64,000 bases of DNA from an uncultured Muribaculaceae bacterium (GTDB taxonomy: Bacteria; Bacteroidota; Bacteroidia; Bacteroidales; Muribaculaceae), in assembly GCA_947175145.1 (NCBI GenBank), contig CAMWLY010000001.1, positions 6,678-70,677 on the forward strand, read 5' to 3'. Under the pieces are notes generated by a model. It was not told where the DNA came from, did not search any database, and saw only the letters and a list, made by a program, of their open reading frames with translations. Shown here piece by piece: positions 45,882 through 56,463 of this stretch. Numbering within the stretch: the first letter of the stretch is position 1; each line of letters opens with the position of its first letter. The position numbers and the translations under genes are program-made.

Positions 45882-47584
45882 CCACACGCTATATAGACCT
45901 TGCAGTCGCAGCGATGCTGTGCGCCATGCTCCCCGACACAACACTCGCCCAGTATAACCAGGAGATAAGTGTCGAAGGGAAATATACACCTGAATATATC
46001 CAAAGACCGCGAATCAACATATTTCCCGATCCGATGCATCTCTCGGCCGGTGAGTCTCAGCTTCCCTGGCAGATGGGTGGTGAGTATGCCAATTTCCTGC
46101 CTGAGGCAATTCCGCAGCCTGCCACCGGTTGGCGTGATACCCGCAAGTTTGACCATGCGCGTGGATATTTAGACCTGAATCTCGGTTCATGGCTTGATGC
46201 CGACCTTTCGGCCGGTTCCCGCATAATTGACAGCGATGACTCTGTGTTGGGTGTCAGACTGCAGTATAATTCAACTTCGCTTTGGGAACCCGCCGGTGAA
46301 TCCCGACGCGAACGATATGATGCAGACCTCGGAGTGTATGGTGCCAAAAGATTCGAAGATAAAGGTCGCCTATATGCTTCGTTAGACTATTCGCTCGGTT
46401 ACTTCAATTATTACGGGTGGTGTGAATCCGGTGCCCCCACACAGACGCTGAATAATCTGCGTGCCGAAATCGGCTGGCAATCCAATGCCTCCGGCCCTGA
46501 TTCAGGGTCAGAGAAATTCAACTGGTATGCCACTATCGGTGTGGATTACTTCGGATACCGGTCACTCTATCTTCCCATATCAGAAGCGGAGCCGATTTTT
46601 GAAATGCCGGGATTGCGCGAGACACGCACCATGCTCGATGCAGGACTTAATTTCCAGGTATCGTCAAAATCATCTTTAGGTCTGGATCTTTCCGGTAATC
46701 TGATGATTTACAAACAGGGAAATGTGCCGGCGGATTTTCGCCCCGACAACTATGGTCTCGTCACGATGCGCCCCTATTATAAACTCGGATCGCACACTCT
46801 GTCACTGCGTGTCGGTGCTGCACTCGACCTGAGTTTCAATAACCCGACATTCAAATCATTTCACATAGCTCCCGATATAAGTCTGGACTATAATGCCGGA
46901 GAGTGCGCCATATTTGCCCGGCTCACCGGTGGCAGCGAGCTTCATACGCTCGCTTCAGACCGTCAGCTTGATTACTACTCAGCACCGGTGCTGGGCAGTC
47001 AGTCGCCGGTATATTCACCGCTGGATTCCCGATTGGGAGTGAATTTCGGTCCGTGGAAGGGCTTCCGAGCATCTGCAGAGATAGGATATAAGGTTAGCCT
47101 CGGTCAGCCGTTCGGGGGACTTTACGGACTCGGCATTATCCCCGAGGGAAATATGAGGATAGCCGGCATGACCGCTCAGGCTATGCTCGGATATGATGCC
47201 GGCAAGATATTCGGCATATCTGCCAAGACTACTTATCAGCCACAGGATAAGGGCCGGGGATATTTCAACGGCTACGACAGACCGGTGTGGACAGCCGAAG
47301 CGGAGGTGCGCACTAATCCGTGGAGCACTCTCTCCTTTGCGCTCGCATATCAGATGCGCGCCCGCCGCGGAGTTTGGTATGCAGCCGGCGAAATCGGCAA
47401 CGAGTTGGAGAAAACCGAATTGCCGAATCAATCGTTGTTATCATTGACAGCACATTATGGAATCACAGACCGCATCGGCGTGAGCCTGCAGGCCGACAAT
47501 CTGCTCTGCCGCCGCCGGCAATCGATGCCCGGAATCAGCGAGCCGGGACTGCGCGTCATGGCAGGTCTGAATATCAGATTTTAA
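45872..47584 (+). CDS. Predicted outer-membrane beta-barrel protein, unknown family
   Basis: 570 aa. Signal peptide ...MLPDTTLAQ. Alternating-residue strands. C-terminal LRVMAGLNIRF (terminal aromatic). 10-nt overlap with the TPR gene. Confidence 0.6.
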   Translation: MEMTTRYIDLAVAAMLCAMLPDTTLAQYNQEISVEGKYTPEYIQRPRINIFPDPMHLSAGESQLPWQMGGEYANFLPEAIPQPATGWRDTRKFDHARGYLDLNLGSWLDADLSAGSRIIDSDDSVLGVRLQYNSTSLWEPAGESRRERYDADLGVYGAKRFEDKGRLYASLDYSLGYFNYYGWCESGAPTQTLNNLRAEIGWQSNASGPDSGSEKFNWYATIGVDYFGYRSLYLPISEAEPIFEMPGLRETRTMLDAGLNFQVSSKSSLGLDLSGNLMIYKQGNVPADFRPDNYGLVTMRPYYKLGSHTLSLRVGAALDLSFNNPTFKSFHIAPDISLDYNAGECAIFARLTGGSELHTLASDRQLDYYSAPVLGSQSPVYSPLDSRLGVNFGPWKGFRASAEIGYKVSLGQPFGGLYGLGIIPEGNMRIAGMTAQAMLGYDAGKIFGISAKTTYQPQDKGRGYFNGYDRPVWTAEAEVRTNPWSTLSFALAYQMRARRGVWYAAGEIGNELEKTELPNQSLLSLTAHYGITDRIGVSLQADNLLCRRRQSMPGISEPGLRVMAGLNIRF

Positions 47585-47589
47585 ATAAG

Positions 47590-48114
47590 ATGGAGCTTAC
47601 TCTAAATTATATGAATGAAGATGACCGGGCATACGGCCTGGCCGGAATGGCTATCTCACTGGCGGCACTCGATGCCATGGATAAGGTGGCCAATATATCA
47701 CTTGATGCCGAGGGTCCGATGGTCTCTTTCAGCCATGATTATTATTTCAGCGGGTCTCCTTCGATATCACCCAAAGCCACATGGCACAATCTGGTGCAGA
47801 ATTACTATATAACATCGGCCATGGTGGTTTCGAACCTTATGGCCCGCTCACTGGTGCGCCTCGGTATCGAGATTCCGGAAGAACTGCTGAGTGAAGTGCA
47901 TAAAGAGATGGAAGCCGAGGGAGAGGATACATGCGCCCTGACACCCGAAGAGGTGGACTCTATGTATCGCAAGACCACAACCGGGATGCGCCGGATATTC
48001 GGCAACAAGCGTCTGTACCCGGCTATCGAGGAATTTGCGCGCACGATAGCTCGCCGCAGACAGCTTTCCGGCTGGGAAATCTACGACGAACTGCGTGCTC
48101 TAAGGCTGATCTAA
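47590..48114 (+). CDS. Small cytoplasmic-looking protein; possible degenerate FtsH-type (M41) peptidase-like domain
   Basis: ATG at 47590, 6 nt after the barrel stop; the 264-aa track ORF from 47320 overlaps the barrel gene. DRAYGLAGMAI occupies the position of FtsH TAYHEAGHAI. Helical C-terminus. Confidence 0.55.
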   Translation: MELTLNYMNEDDRAYGLAGMAISLAALDAMDKVANISLDAEGPMVSFSHDYYFSGSPSISPKATWHNLVQNYYITSAMVVSNLMARSLVRLGIEIPEELLSEVHKEMEAEGEDTCALTPEEVDSMYRKTTTGMRRIFGNKRLYPAIEEFARTIARRRQLSGWEIYDELRALRLI

Positions 48115-48122
48115 GACCGCGA

Positions 48123-48482
48123 TCAGTCGAGAGTAAAGGGAATCTTGAGAGTCACGGTGCTTTGCACGGGTTTGCCGGCATCGTCGGTGGCCGGTGTCCA
48201 TGCCGGCATCAGCTTTACAAGACGAACAGCCTCGCTTTCAAGGTCAGGGTCGATCATGCGGTCAATCTTGATGGAGCCGATTTTGCCATCGGGCAGCACT
48301 GCAAATGATACCTGCACCACACCCTCGATACCGCTGGCCTTAGCAGTCTCGGGATATTTCAGATTCTCGGAGATATAGGCAGCCTGTGCCTCGGCACCAC
48401 CGGGAAATGAAGCCGGAGTGGCGGCAAAAGCCGCTGCGGCACCGACCGCAGCCAATACAATTGTCGATAATATCTTATTCAT
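48123..48482 (-). CDS. Secreted TonB C-terminal-domain protein
   Basis: 119 aa. Signal peptide. YPETAKASGIEGVVQVSFAVLPDGKIGSIKI and MPAWTPA are typical of TonB_C. Confidence 0.75.
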   Translation of the reverse strand: MNKILSTIVLAAVGAAAAFAATPASFPGGAEAQAAYISENLKYPETAKASGIEGVVQVSFAVLPDGKIGSIKIDRMIDPDLESEAVRLVKLMPAWTPATDDAGKPVQSTVTLKIPFTLD

Positions 48483-48525
48483 ATCTTATCAACGTATTCA
48501 CCACCCTAATTGGTGTATGGGTGGA

Positions 48526-48557
48526 ATTGCATTAATCGCAGTTATTGATTAATTTTG
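48526..48557 (+). promoter_or_regulatory. Predicted lysS promoter
   Basis: -33-like ATTG at 48526-48529, 20-nt spacer, -7 TAATTTTG at 48550-48557. ATG at 48580. Confidence 0.5.
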
Positions 48558-48579
48558 CAAACAATTATATAATAAGCTT

Positions 48580-50142
48580 ATGGCCAATCACGAACTTAGC
48601 GAACAGGAGATTGTAAGGCGCAACAGTATGGAAGCACTGCGCCAACGCGGCATTGATCCATATCCGGCACCGGAATATAAAGTCACAGGACACACTGCCG
48701 AAATTAAGCAGAACTTCAAAGATGGCGAGGAACCCCTGCGCGAAGTGAGCGTGGCCGGAAGAATCATGAGCCGCCGCATCATGGGTAAAGCTTCATTTAT
48801 GGAACTGCAGGATGCCGAAGGCCGCATTCAGGTCTATGTGTCGCGCGATGACCTTTGTCCCGGCGAAGACAAGGATCTCTATAATGTAGTATTCAAAAAA
48901 CTGCTCGATATAGGTGATTTTATCGGAATAACCGGTAAGGTATTCCGCACTCAGATGGGTGAAATCACAATACATGCCGATAGCCTGACACTCCTCTCAA
49001 AGAGCTTGCGCCCGCTCCCCATCGTCAAGATGAAAGATGGCAAGGCCTACGATGCCTTTACCGATCCGGAGCAGCGTTATCGTCAGCGCTATGTAGACCT
49101 GGTGGTCAATCCCGCGGTGCGCGAGATATTTGTGAAACGCACCAAAATGTTCAACTCCATGCGTGAGTTCTTCAATTCGCATGGTTATCTTGAAGTTGAC
49201 ACCCCGGTTCTTCAGTCTATTCCCGGTGGCGCATCAGCGCGCCCCTTTGTGACTCACCACAACGCGCTCGATATCCCGCTCTATCTTAGAATTGCCAATG
49301 AGCTCTACCTGAAGCGTCTGATTGTAGGCGGCTTCGAGGGAGTTTATGAATTCTCAAGAAATTTCCGCAACGAAGGTATGGACCGCACTCACAATCCGGA
49401 GTTTACAGCAATGGAGATTTATGTGAGCTACAAGGACTATAACTGGATGATGGATTTTACCGAGCGCATGCTTGAGAAAATCGCTATCGATGTCAATGGT
49501 TCCACCAAGGTTATGGTAGGGGATACCGAAATTGATTTCAAGGCTCCCTATCCGCGTGTGACAATGACCGATGCCATCAAGGAAAAAACCGGCTTCGATA
49601 TTACAGGCAAGAGTGAAGAGGAACTCCGCGCTTTCTGCAAAGAGGCGGGAATCGAAACCGACCCGGGCATGGGTAAAGGAAAACTTATCGACGAGATTTT
49701 CGGAGAGAAGTGCGAGGGCACATATATCCAGCCGACTTTCATCATAGATTATCCGATCGAGATGTCACCTCTGACCAAGCGCCATCGCAATAATCCGGAG
49801 CTGACCGAACGCTTCGAACTGATGGTCAATGGCAAGGAACTGGCAAATGCCTACAGCGAATTGAATGACCCGATCGACCAATATGAGAGGTTTGTGGAGC
49901 AAATGAAACTTGCTGACCGTGGCGACGATGAAGCCATGATTATCGATGCTGATTTTATCCGCGCACTCGAATACGGTATGCCCCCGACTTCGGGCATGGG
50001 TATCGGCATGGATCGTCTGGCCATGTTGCTCACCGGCCAGCAGACTATCCAGGAGGTGCTTCTCTTCCCGCAGATGCGCCCCGAAAAGAAGCAAGCCAAA
50101 AACGAACAGACCGAAGCGGAAAAATCGGAAGATAAAGAGTAA
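48580..50142 (+). CDS. lysS: Lysine--tRNA ligase (class II)
   Basis: 520 aa. OB-fold N-domain. Class II motifs [15 protein letters not shown] and GMGIGMDRL. Confidence 0.97.
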   Translation: MANHELSEQEIVRRNSMEALRQRGIDPYPAPEYKVTGHTAEIKQNFKDGEEPLREVSVAGRIMSRRIMGKASFMELQDAEGRIQVYVSRDDLCPGEDKDLYNVVFKKLLDIGDFIGITGKVFRTQMGEITIHADSLTLLSKSLRPLPIVKMKDGKAYDAFTDPEQRYRQRYVDLVVNPAVREIFVKRTKMFNSMREFFNSHGYLEVDTPVLQSIPGGASARPFVTHHNALDIPLYLRIANELYLKRLIVGGFEGVYEFSRNFRNEGMDRTHNPEFTAMEIYVSYKDYNWMMDFTERMLEKIAIDVNGSTKVMVGDTEIDFKAPYPRVTMTDAIKEKTGFDITGKSEEELRAFCKEAGIETDPGMGKGKLIDEIFGEKCEGTYIQPTFIIDYPIEMSPLTKRHRNNPELTERFELMVNGKELANAYSELNDPIDQYERFVEQMKLADRGDDEAMIIDADFIRALEYGMPPTSGMGIGMDRLAMLLTGQQTIQEVLLFPQMRPEKKQAKNEQTEAEKSEDKE

Positions 50143-50148
50143 ACCGCC

Positions 50149-51150
50149 ATGAACTCAATGGGTAAGATAGCGGTGATAGGATCGGGCAGCTGGGCCACCG
50201 CTCTGGCTAAACTGCTGCTCGAAAATTGCGACAGAATAGGCTGGTTCTTTCACAGACCGGACCGCATAGAGGAATTTATCCGCTGCGGTCATAACCCGGT
50301 ATATCTGTCGGATGTGGCCTTTGACACCATGCGCATCGACTTTACTGATGAAATCAATAAAGCTTGCGCTGAAGCTGATACCCTGCTTCTGGCAGTCCCC
50401 TCACCATACCTTAAGGATACAGTAGATAAGATCACCGTAGATATCAAGGATAAGTGTGTGGTATCTGCTGTCAAAGGTATAGTGCCCGGTGAGAATAAGA
50501 TAGTCACCGACTATATGGTGGGGCGTTTCGGCTGCAACCCGCAGCGCATGCTGGTCATCGGTGGTCCATGTCATGCCGAAGAAGTGGCGCTGGAACGCCT
50601 CAGCTATCTGACTATCGGCTGCCCCGACACTGCGCGCGCTGCAGATTTCGCCGCCATGCTCTCCGGCAAAAGAATGAAAACCATCGTGTCTCCCGATGTA
50701 GATGGTATTGAATATGCCGCAGTGCTTAAAAATGTATATGCCATAATGGCCGGAATAATCGGTGGTATGAAAGCCGGTGATAATTTCCTGGCCATGATGG
50801 TATGCAATGCAATACGCGAGATGGAGCGCTTTGTAGATGCTATAGCCCCGCTCGAAGGGCGTGATATCTGCAAGTCGGCGTATCTCGGTGACCTTCTGGT
50901 CACAGCTTACAGCCGATTCTCGCGCAACCATAACTTCGGCTCCATGATTGGCAAGGGTTATGGTGTGAAGGCAGCTATGATGGAGATGGAGATGGTGGCC
51001 GAAGGTTACTATGGCACCAAATGCATACACCAGATTAATGACAAAGGCCCCGGTGTGGATATGCCGATTCTGGATTGTGTGTATTCAATCCTGTATCGTA
51101 ATGCCAATCCGCGTCGCGCTATCGATGCAATCACATCTACTTTTACTTAA
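50149..51150 (+). CDS. gpsA: NAD(P)H-dependent glycerol-3-phosphate dehydrogenase
   Basis: 333 aa. IAVIGSGSWATALA, LKNVYAIMAGI, EGYYGTK. Confidence 0.95.
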   Translation: MNSMGKIAVIGSGSWATALAKLLLENCDRIGWFFHRPDRIEEFIRCGHNPVYLSDVAFDTMRIDFTDEINKACAEADTLLLAVPSPYLKDTVDKITVDIKDKCVVSAVKGIVPGENKIVTDYMVGRFGCNPQRMLVIGGPCHAEEVALERLSYLTIGCPDTARAADFAAMLSGKRMKTIVSPDVDGIEYAAVLKNVYAIMAGIIGGMKAGDNFLAMMVCNAIREMERFVDAIAPLEGRDICKSAYLGDLLVTAYSRFSRNHNFGSMIGKGYGVKAAMMEMEMVAEGYYGTKCIHQINDKGPGVDMPILDCVYSILYRNANPRRAIDAITSTFT

Positions 51151-51248
51151 ATATCGAACTTTCAGCTCTCCCGGCCGTTTTTCCTATAGGTGCCTGATTA
51201 AGAAGGCACCGCATATATGACTTAAAAACCCAAAATTTCAATATCAAA

Positions 51249-52559
51249 ATGAAAGCTATAGAACTCAACATCGAAAAGGCATTATATTTTGCCGAGAAGG
51301 AATATGAGGCGAATCAGGCTGCAGCGCGCCAGGCACTCACAGTGCTTCAGGAAGGCACCGGCGCAGGCGCCGATTTCCTCGGCTGGCAGAAATTGCCTTC
51401 GCAGACTACTTCTGAACTTCTGGACCGCATCAATGCTACTGCCAACAGACTCAGAGAAAACTGCGACTATGTGGTGTGTGTAGGCATAGGTGGCTCTTAT
51501 CTCGGAGCCAAAGCTGTAAATACCGCACTTGCCGACAATTTCGAATATTATTACGCTCCCAATCCCAAGGAGCCCAAAGTTATCTATGCCGGTCAGAATA
51601 TCGGCGAGGAATATACCGCTGAACTCGAGAAACTTCTTACAGGCAAGCGTTTCGGTATCATCGTGATTTCCAAGTCAGGCACTACTACCGAACCTGCGAT
51701 CGCATTCCGCATTCTTAAGGAGCAGCTTGAGAAGCAGGCCGGTAAGGATAAGGCCAAAGATCTTATCGTGGCTATCACTGATGAGAAGAAGGGTGCGCTC
51801 CGCACACTTGCCACTCAGGAGGGTTACGAAACTTATGTAATTCCCGACAATGTAGGCGGTCGATTCTCGGTGCTTACACCTGTGGGTCTTCTACCCATTG
51901 CCGTGGCAGGTCATGACATCAATAAGTTGATGGCAGGCGCTGCCGAAATGGAGGAATCCACAATGCGTCCGGCCGACGATAATATCGCCGAGGTTTATGC
52001 CCGTATGCGCAATGCCCTCTATCAGTCAGGTAAGAAGATCGAGATTCTCGCTAACTTCGATCCGAAACTCCACTATTTCGGTGAGTGGTGGAAACAGCTC
52101 TATGGCGAGTCTGAGGGTAAAGACGGTAAGGGTATTTTCCCCGCAGCTGTAGACTTCACCACAGACCTGCACTCCATGGGTCAATGGATTCAGGAGGGTG
52201 AGCGCACAGTGTTTGAGACAGTAATTTCTGTGGCTAAGCCGGCTGTGGAGCGCAGAGTGCCCGAGGATAAGGATAACCTCGATGGTATCAACTATCTTGC
52301 CGGCAAACGAATCGATGAGGTCAACAAGATGGCCGAGCTCGGCACTCAGATGGCACATGTAGATGGCGGTGTTCCTAATATCCGAATTGTCATCAAGAGC
52401 CTCGATGAACACACTCTCGGAGGTCTGATCTACTTCTTCGAGAAGGCTTGCGGCATCAGCGGATATATGCTCGGTGTCAACCCGTTCAATCAGCCCGGTG
52501 TGGAAGCTTACAAAACAAATATGTTCAAGCTTCTCAAGAAACCCGGTTATACCGATTGA
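51249..52559 (+). CDS. pgi: Glucose-6-phosphate isomerase
   Basis: 436 aa. [37 protein letters not shown]. Confidence 0.95.
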   Translation: MKAIELNIEKALYFAEKEYEANQAAARQALTVLQEGTGAGADFLGWQKLPSQTTSELLDRINATANRLRENCDYVVCVGIGGSYLGAKAVNTALADNFEYYYAPNPKEPKVIYAGQNIGEEYTAELEKLLTGKRFGIIVISKSGTTTEPAIAFRILKEQLEKQAGKDKAKDLIVAITDEKKGALRTLATQEGYETYVIPDNVGGRFSVLTPVGLLPIAVAGHDINKLMAGAAEMEESTMRPADDNIAEVYARMRNALYQSGKKIEILANFDPKLHYFGEWWKQLYGESEGKDGKGIFPAAVDFTTDLHSMGQWIQEGERTVFETVISVAKPAVERRVPEDKDNLDGINYLAGKRIDEVNKMAELGTQMAHVDGGVPNIRIVIKSLDEHTLGGLIYFFEKACGISGYMLGVNPFNQPGVEAYKTNMFKLLKKPGYTD

Positions 52560-52627
52560 CAATGGACAATGGACAATGAACAATGTACAATGGACAATGT
52601 ACAGTGAACAATGTGCAATGGACAATT
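52558..52627. repeat. Tandem heptanucleotide array (NACAATG)x10 starting inside the pgi stop codon
   Basis: GACAATG x3, AACAATG, TACAATG, GACAATG, TACAGTG, AACAATG, TGCAATG, GACAATT. The array lies between the pgi stop (52557-52559) and the terminator at 52669. Confidence 0.9.
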
Positions 52628-52668
52628 GAGAATTAGATTATAAAGAGAAAATCTGATGGATATTTCGA

Positions 52669-52705
52669 CCGGCTGCAAAATATTTGCAGCCGGTTATGTT
52701 TTTTT
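52669..52705 (+). terminator. Rho-independent terminator of pgi
   Basis: CCGGCTGCAAA / TTTGCAGCCGG stem (52669-52693) followed by TTATGTTTTTTT. Confidence 0.7.
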
Positions 52706-52751
52706 AAATGTATTTTTTAACACAAAATTATGTTTGTGGCAATCCGCATAT

Positions 52752-52759
52752 TATCTTTG
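52752..52759 (+). promoter_or_regulatory. -7 promoter box TATCTTTG upstream of recA
   Basis: Matches TAnnTTTG, 28 nt before the ATG at 52788. The nearest TTTG (52733-52736) is only 15 nt away, so the -33 assignment is uncertain. Confidence 0.4.
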
Positions 52760-52787
52760 TAAAAAGATAAATCAGAAATAAAAATAT

Positions 52788-53996
52788 ATGGCAGCAAAGA
52801 AAAAATCAGGAGTGGCTCCGGCCGCCTCAAGAATAGAAGATAAGGCAGCGAAACTTAAGGCGCTTGAGGTCACTATGGCGCATCTGGATAAGGATTTCGG
52901 TTCCGGCACAGTGATGCGTCTCGGTGATGATGCAGTGCAAGATGTAGAGTCTATCTCCACCGGTTCCATTGGACTGGACTATGCTCTTGGCATCGGGGGT
53001 CTGCCGCGTGGCCGTATCACTGAAATCTATGGTCCTGAATCATCAGGTAAAACCACACTGGCTATACATGTGATTGCCGAAGCTCAGAAGCGTGGAGGCA
53101 TCTGCGCCATAATTGATGCCGAGCATGCCTTTGACCGTTTTTATGCCGAGAAACTCGGTGTTGATGTCAATAATCTTTGGCTTGCACAGCCCGACAATGG
53201 TGAGCAGGCTCTCGATATAGCCGAGCAGTTGATTAACTCCGGAGCAATTGATGTTCTGGTAGTCGACTCTGTGGCAGCTCTTACACCCAAGGCTGAAATC
53301 GAGGGAGAGATGGGTGAGAAGAATGTAGGTCTTCACGCGCGCCTGATGTCGCAGGCTATGCGTAAGCTCACAGGCACTATCTCACGCACCAGAACATGCT
53401 GCATATTCATCAACCAGATTCGTGAGAAAATCGGCGTAATGTTCGGTAATCCCGAGACAACTACCGGTGGTAATGCGCTCAAGTTCTATGCATCAGTGCG
53501 CCTGGATATCCGCCCCGGAGCTTTCATTAAGGTCGACGATGTGGCTGTAGGTCGCATGACTAAGGTCAAGGTGGTGAAAAACAAAGTGGCTCCCCCGTTC
53601 ATGAAGACAGAGTTCGAAATCATGTTTGGCGAGGGTATCTCCAAAGCGGGTGAAGTCCTGGATCTCGCTGTTGAGCTCGGAATCGTGAAGAAGTCCGGTG
53701 CCTGGTTCAGCTATAACGGCTCTAAACTCGGACAAGGTCGCGATGCGGTGAAACGTTCGCTTTCCGAGAACAAGGAACTGCTGGCAGAACTCGAAAAGCT
53801 GGTTGTCGATAAACTGAAAGAGGTGCGTGCAGCCAAAAGCAATAAGAATGCAGGTTCTCCATTCCTGCCCGGCAAAAACTCAAAACTGAGTGATTCGCCC
53901 GACAGCGATGATGAAACTCCCGAGCAATCCGATGATGCTTTCGAGCAGAATGATGACCTCTTTGGCGATGACCTCGATATTGATATCGAAGATTAA
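52788..53996 (+). CDS. recA: Recombinase RecA with extended acidic C-terminal tail
   Basis: 402 aa. [10 protein letters not shown] Walker [37 protein letters not shown]. About 55 extra C-terminal residues rich in D/E/S. Confidence 0.97.
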   Translation: MAAKKKSGVAPAASRIEDKAAKLKALEVTMAHLDKDFGSGTVMRLGDDAVQDVESISTGSIGLDYALGIGGLPRGRITEIYGPESSGKTTLAIHVIAEAQKRGGICAIIDAEHAFDRFYAEKLGVDVNNLWLAQPDNGEQALDIAEQLINSGAIDVLVVDSVAALTPKAEIEGEMGEKNVGLHARLMSQAMRKLTGTISRTRTCCIFINQIREKIGVMFGNPETTTGGNALKFYASVRLDIRPGAFIKVDDVAVGRMTKVKVVKNKVAPPFMKTEFEIMFGEGISKAGEVLDLAVELGIVKKSGAWFSYNGSKLGQGRDAVKRSLSENKELLAELEKLVVDKLKEVRAAKSNKNAGSPFLPGKNSKLSDSPDSDDETPEQSDDAFEQNDDLFGDDLDIDIED

Positions 53997-54010
53997 GTCT
54001 CATATACCAC

Positions 54011-54042
54011 AAAAAAGAGCCGGCTAAAACCGGCTCTTTTTT
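54011..54042. terminator. Bidirectional Rho-independent terminator (recA / der)
   Basis: AAAAAA-GAGCCGG-CTAAAA-CCGGCTC-TTTTTT. Confidence 0.75.
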
Positions 54043-54055
54043 GTGTGTATGTTTA

Positions 54056-55372
54056 TTATTTCTCGCGCATGAAAATCTGTATCGGTGTGCCATGGAAATC
54101 CCAATGCTCGCGAATCTTATTCTCCAGGAAGCGGCGATAGGGTTCCTTGACCCATTGCGGCAGATTGCAGAAGAACACAAATGTCGGGATTACCGAATCC
54201 TTGAGCATGGTCACATATTTTATCTTCACGAATTTACCCTTATTGCTCGGCGGGGGTGTGATCTGAATCTGCTCCAGCATATAGGTATTGAGCTGTGAAG
54301 TGGGGATAATGCGGCGACGATTATTGTAAACATCGATTGCAGTCTCCAGCACCTTGAAGATTCTCTGCTTGGTAAGCGTAGAGGTGAAGATAATCGGAAA
54401 ATCGGTAAACGGTGCGAATCGGTCGCGGATAGCGGCTTCGTAGCGCTTCTGAGCTTCAAGCGATTTATCTTCGATAAGATCCCACTTGTTGATGCAGACC
54501 ACAAGGCCTTTCTTATTGCGCTGGATAAGGCCGAAGATATTAGCGTCCTGACCCTCGATGCCGCGGGTGGCATCTATCATCAGAATACAAACGTCGGAGG
54601 CCTCGATGGCGCGTATCGAGCGAATCACCGAATAGTATTCGATATCCTCGTTGACTTTCTGCTTTTTTCGGATACCGGCTGTATCAACCAGATAAAAGTC
54701 GAACCCGAACTTATTATAGCGGTGATAAATTGAATCGCGCGTGGTGCCTGCAATATCGGTGACTATATGACGCTCTTCACCGATAAATGCGTTGATAAGT
54801 GATGATTTTCCGGCATTAGGTCTGCCTACTATGGCAAACTTCGCCACATCTTCCTCAGCGTTGTCATCATCATCTTTCTGAGGCATATCCTTTACGATTT
54901 CATCGAGGAGTTCACCTGTGCCTGAACCATTGGCCGAGGATACCTCTATCGGGTCGCCCAGACCTAATGAGTAGAACTCAGCCACATTAAACCGGGCATC
55001 GCCTACATCTTCCTTATTGGCAACTACAATCACCGGTTTCTTGGAGCGGCGCAGGATCTGGGCCACCTTGTCGTCAAGGTCTGTAACTCCGGTGGTTGAA
55101 TCGACCACAAAGAGTATCACATCAGCTTCTTCGATTGCGATTTCCACCTGCTTGTTGATTTCCTCCTCAAACACATCATCGGAGTTCACAACCCAGCCAC
55201 CGGTGTCGACAATTGAAAATTCCTGACCATTCCAGTCGACCTTGCCATACTGGCGGTCGCGTGTCGTGCCCGCAGTGTTGTCCACGATTGCCTTGCGGGA
55301 CTGCGTCAAGCGGTTGAACAATGTGGATTTACCCACATTGGGCCGCCCTACTATTGCTATGAGCTTGCTCAT
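54056..55372 (-). CDS. der: Ribosome-biogenesis GTPase Der (EngA)
   Basis: 438 aa. Two G-domains ([12 protein letters not shown] and [12 protein letters not shown]) plus a KH-like C-terminus. Confidence 0.95.
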   Translation of the reverse strand: MSKLIAIVGRPNVGKSTLFNRLTQSRKAIVDNTAGTTRDRQYGKVDWNGQEFSIVDTGGWVVNSDDVFEEEINKQVEIAIEEADVILFVVDSTTGVTDLDDKVAQILRRSKKPVIVVANKEDVGDARFNVAEFYSLGLGDPIEVSSANGSGTGELLDEIVKDMPQKDDDDNAEEDVAKFAIVGRPNAGKSSLINAFIGEERHIVTDIAGTTRDSIYHRYNKFGFDFYLVDTAGIRKKQKVNEDIEYYSVIRSIRAIEASDVCILMIDATRGIEGQDANIFGLIQRNKKGLVVCINKWDLIEDKSLEAQKRYEAAIRDRFAPFTDFPIIFTSTLTKQRIFKVLETAIDVYNNRRRIIPTSQLNTYMLEQIQITPPPSNKGKFVKIKYVTMLKDSVIPTFVFFCNLPQWVKEPYRRFLENKIREHWDFHGTPIQIFMREK

Positions 55373-55384
55373 AATATCTCTTTT

Positions 55385-56272
55385 TTATTCTTTATATCCG
55401 AATTCGCGAAGTTTATTTTCGCGGTTACGCCAATCTTTTTCTACCTTAACGAAGGTCTCAAGGAATATCTTCTTGCCGAAGAATTTCTCGATATCCTTGC
55501 GGGCTTCCATGCCTACTTTCTTTATTTTCTCACCACCCTTGCCGATTATGATTCCTTTCTGGGAATCACGCTCCACATAGATCACGGCCATGATATGGAT
55601 TGCGCCCTCTTTCTCATCAAATTTCTCTACGATTACTTCAGTCGAATATGGTATCTCCTTGTCATACATGAGCAGAAGTTTCTCGCGGATTATCTCTGTT
55701 ACAAAGAATCGGGCAGGTTTGTCGGTGAGGGCATCTTTGCCGAAGAATGGTGCTGAGACAGGCAGCAGCGAAACAATCCTGTTCTTCAGGTTCTGAACAT
55801 TGAAGTGTTCGAGAGCACTTGTGGGGAAGATCTCAGCCTTGGGGAGTCTTTCATGCCACTTGTCTACTATCTGATTGAGATCCTCCTGATTTTTCACGAG
55901 GTCGATTTTATTAATCACAAGCAGCACGGGCACTTTCTCCTGGGCCACTCTGTCGAGGAAGTCCTTATTTTTTTCAGGGTCTTCCACCACATCGGTCACA
56001 TAGATGAGCACATCGGCATCGGTCAGGGCTCCCTCTGAAAACTCGAGCATAGACTCCTGGAGTTTATATTTAGGTTTGAGCACACCCGGAGTGTCCGAGA
56101 ATACTATCTGGTATTCGGGAGTGTTTACAATACCCATGATGCGGTGACGGGTGGTCTGGGCTTTCTGAGTGATTATGGATACACGCTCACCGACCAGGTC
56201 ATTCATCAGTGTGGACTTACCCACATTCGGGTTGCCTACGATGTTTACAAATCCGGCTTTATGACCCTCCAT
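55385..56272 (-). CDS. era: GTPase Era
   Basis: [20 protein letters not shown] and a KH domain. The start at 56272 (MEGHKAGFVNIVG) gives a typical ~295-aa Era. An upstream ATG at 56356 would add 28 residues. Confidence 0.92.
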   Translation of the reverse strand: MEGHKAGFVNIVGNPNVGKSTLMNDLVGERVSIITQKAQTTRHRIMGIVNTPEYQIVFSDTPGVLKPKYKLQESMLEFSEGALTDADVLIYVTDVVEDPEKNKDFLDRVAQEKVPVLLVINKIDLVKNQEDLNQIVDKWHERLPKAEIFPTSALEHFNVQNLKNRIVSLLPVSAPFFGKDALTDKPARFFVTEIIREKLLLMYDKEIPYSTEVIVEKFDEKEGAIHIMAVIYVERDSQKGIIIGKGGEKIKKVGMEARKDIEKFFGKKIFLETFVKVEKDWRNRENKLREFGYKE

Positions 56273-56463
56273 AACCTGATTTTCAAGGTGATTGTCTTGG
56301 CGGAGATCATCGCCTGAGGAGAGTCCTGTAACTTCTATCTTCTGATTTTCTTTCATAATGATTCAATCTAAAAATGGGTTCAGCGCCATCGCGGCGCGGA
56401 GAGGTGATCGGCGCACCGCAGTGTAGTTATAGATTTAACCCCTGCGGAGCGATAATTGTTCAC

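Noticed and set aside
47320-47589. Upstream extension of the small ORF (264-aa version starting at 47320).
   Set aside because: The extension overlaps the last 265 nt of the beta-barrel gene in another frame and is Arg/Pro-rich. The ATG at 47590, just after the barrel stop, gives a sensible N-terminus.
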